The notes under the pieces were generated by a model. The model did not search any database. It had not been told where the DNA came from and was given only the letters and a program-made list of their open reading frames with translations. Positions 63,310 through 64,000 of a stretch of 64,000 nt of DNA are shown here, piece by piece. The number at the start of each line of letters is the position of its first letter. The first letter of the stretch is position 1. The stretch lies in contig JAMCRP010000001.1 of the NCBI GenBank assembly GCA_023380635.1, positions 405,200 through 469,199 of the forward strand, written 5' to 3'. The translations under genes were made by a program, and so were the position numbers. This DNA is from Patescibacteria group bacterium (lineage in GTDB: Bacteria > Patescibacteriota > Microgenomatia > JAMCZE01).

Positions 63310-64000
63310 AATGAAAAAGATTATTAACTGGTTTAGGGATCACAAAATTTTAGCCGCGGTTATCGTGGTCATTGTTGTCGCTACCGGTCTCTTTGTCCGC
63401 CAAAAACTTTCGGCTAAACCCCAAACCACTACCCTCCAGACCGCAACCGTGGAACGCGGCACCCTGGTTGTTTCCGTTGCGGAATCTGGAAACATGGCCT
63501 CTGCAAACCGGTTGCCGGTCACCACCCAGGCTTCCGGCCAAATTAAACAGGTCTTCGTCAAAAACGGGCAGCAGGTTTCCGCGGGGCAAAATATTTTGGA
63601 ATTAGCCCTGGACCAGACCGGTCAGCAAAGAAACGCTTCCGCCTGGGCTTCCTATCTTTCGGCTCAAAATAATCTGACTACCGCCCAAAATAATTTGTAT
63701 TCTCTGCAATCAACAATGTATACCGACTGGCAAAAATACATGGACATTGCCCAAAACTCCACTTATCAAAATAGTGACGGGACCCCTAATGACGCCAATC
63801 GGGTCCTGACTCCCTTTACCATTGCTCAGGATAATTGGCTCTCCGCTGAGGCCACTTACAAAAATCAGCAAAATGTAATTACCCAAAATCAGGCAGCCCT
63901 CTCCAGTGCCTGGTTAAATTATCAGGGAACTTCGGCCATGGTTACCGCCCCGACGAGCGGTATCGTCTCGGATTTAGTCTTAACGCCGGGAATGGCAATT
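63310..64000 (+). CDS. HlyD/MacA-family periplasmic adaptor (membrane fusion protein), 3' end off the window
   Basis: ATG at 63310; signal-anchor ILAAVIVVIVVATGLF, then ATVERGTLVVSVAESGNMA...QVSAGQNILELA (biotinyl-lipoyl-like) and coiled coil; no stop before 64000. Confidence 0.55.

Noticed and set aside
1-64000. CRISPR arrays, rRNA genes and IS/transposase or integrase genes
   Set aside because: No direct-repeat/spacer periodicity was seen, no 16S/23S/5S-like sequence, and no DDE or tyrosine-recombinase ORFs; the only mobile-like signals are the insertion in lepA and the GIY-YIG/tRNA-Asn junction.

Overview
This 64-kb window is about 45% GC and is densely coding on both strands. Gene content looks like a reduced-genome monoderm bacterium: many short proteins, TTG/GTG starts, sortases, an LCP protein, MurJ, an Rpf-like protein and T4SS-type pilins. 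Placement in CPR/Patescibacteria is inference only. Housekeeping genes recognised from sequence are metG, a TatD-family gene, tpiA, rpsT, murJ, lepA, smpB with an adjacent tmRNA, comFC, dnaG-rpoD, a ClpP-like gene, msrA, two UvrD-family helicases (one with a RecB-type nuclease tail), rmuC and a THUMP RNA methyltransferase. There are seven tRNAs: all four Ser isoacceptors, two Arg and one Asn. Envelope and accessory content comprises a glycosyltransferase cluster (GT2, membrane GT2, two GT-C), an LCP protein with a giant Ig-like surface protein and PilN/PilO-like genes, two sortases flanking an S/T-rich peptide, an ArsR-thioredoxin-permease operon and an OmpR/histidine-kinase pair followed by a partial HlyD-like gene. 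The most unusual region is a type IV secretion-like locus at about 22.2-33.5 kb. It has four tandem VirB2/TrbC-like pilin paralogs, a VirB6/TrbL-like membrane protein, two unrecognised proteins and a 929-aa membrane protein with a C-terminal lysozyme-like domain; no ATPase genes are present in the window. Other oddities are a 141-bp in-frame insertion with inverted-repeat ends inside lepA, AT-rich heptamer repeats that recur inside coding regions, a GIY-YIG gene inserted at tRNA-Asn with a partial tRNA duplicate, and several multi-copy intergenic motifs. No CRISPR array, rRNA or transposase was seen.
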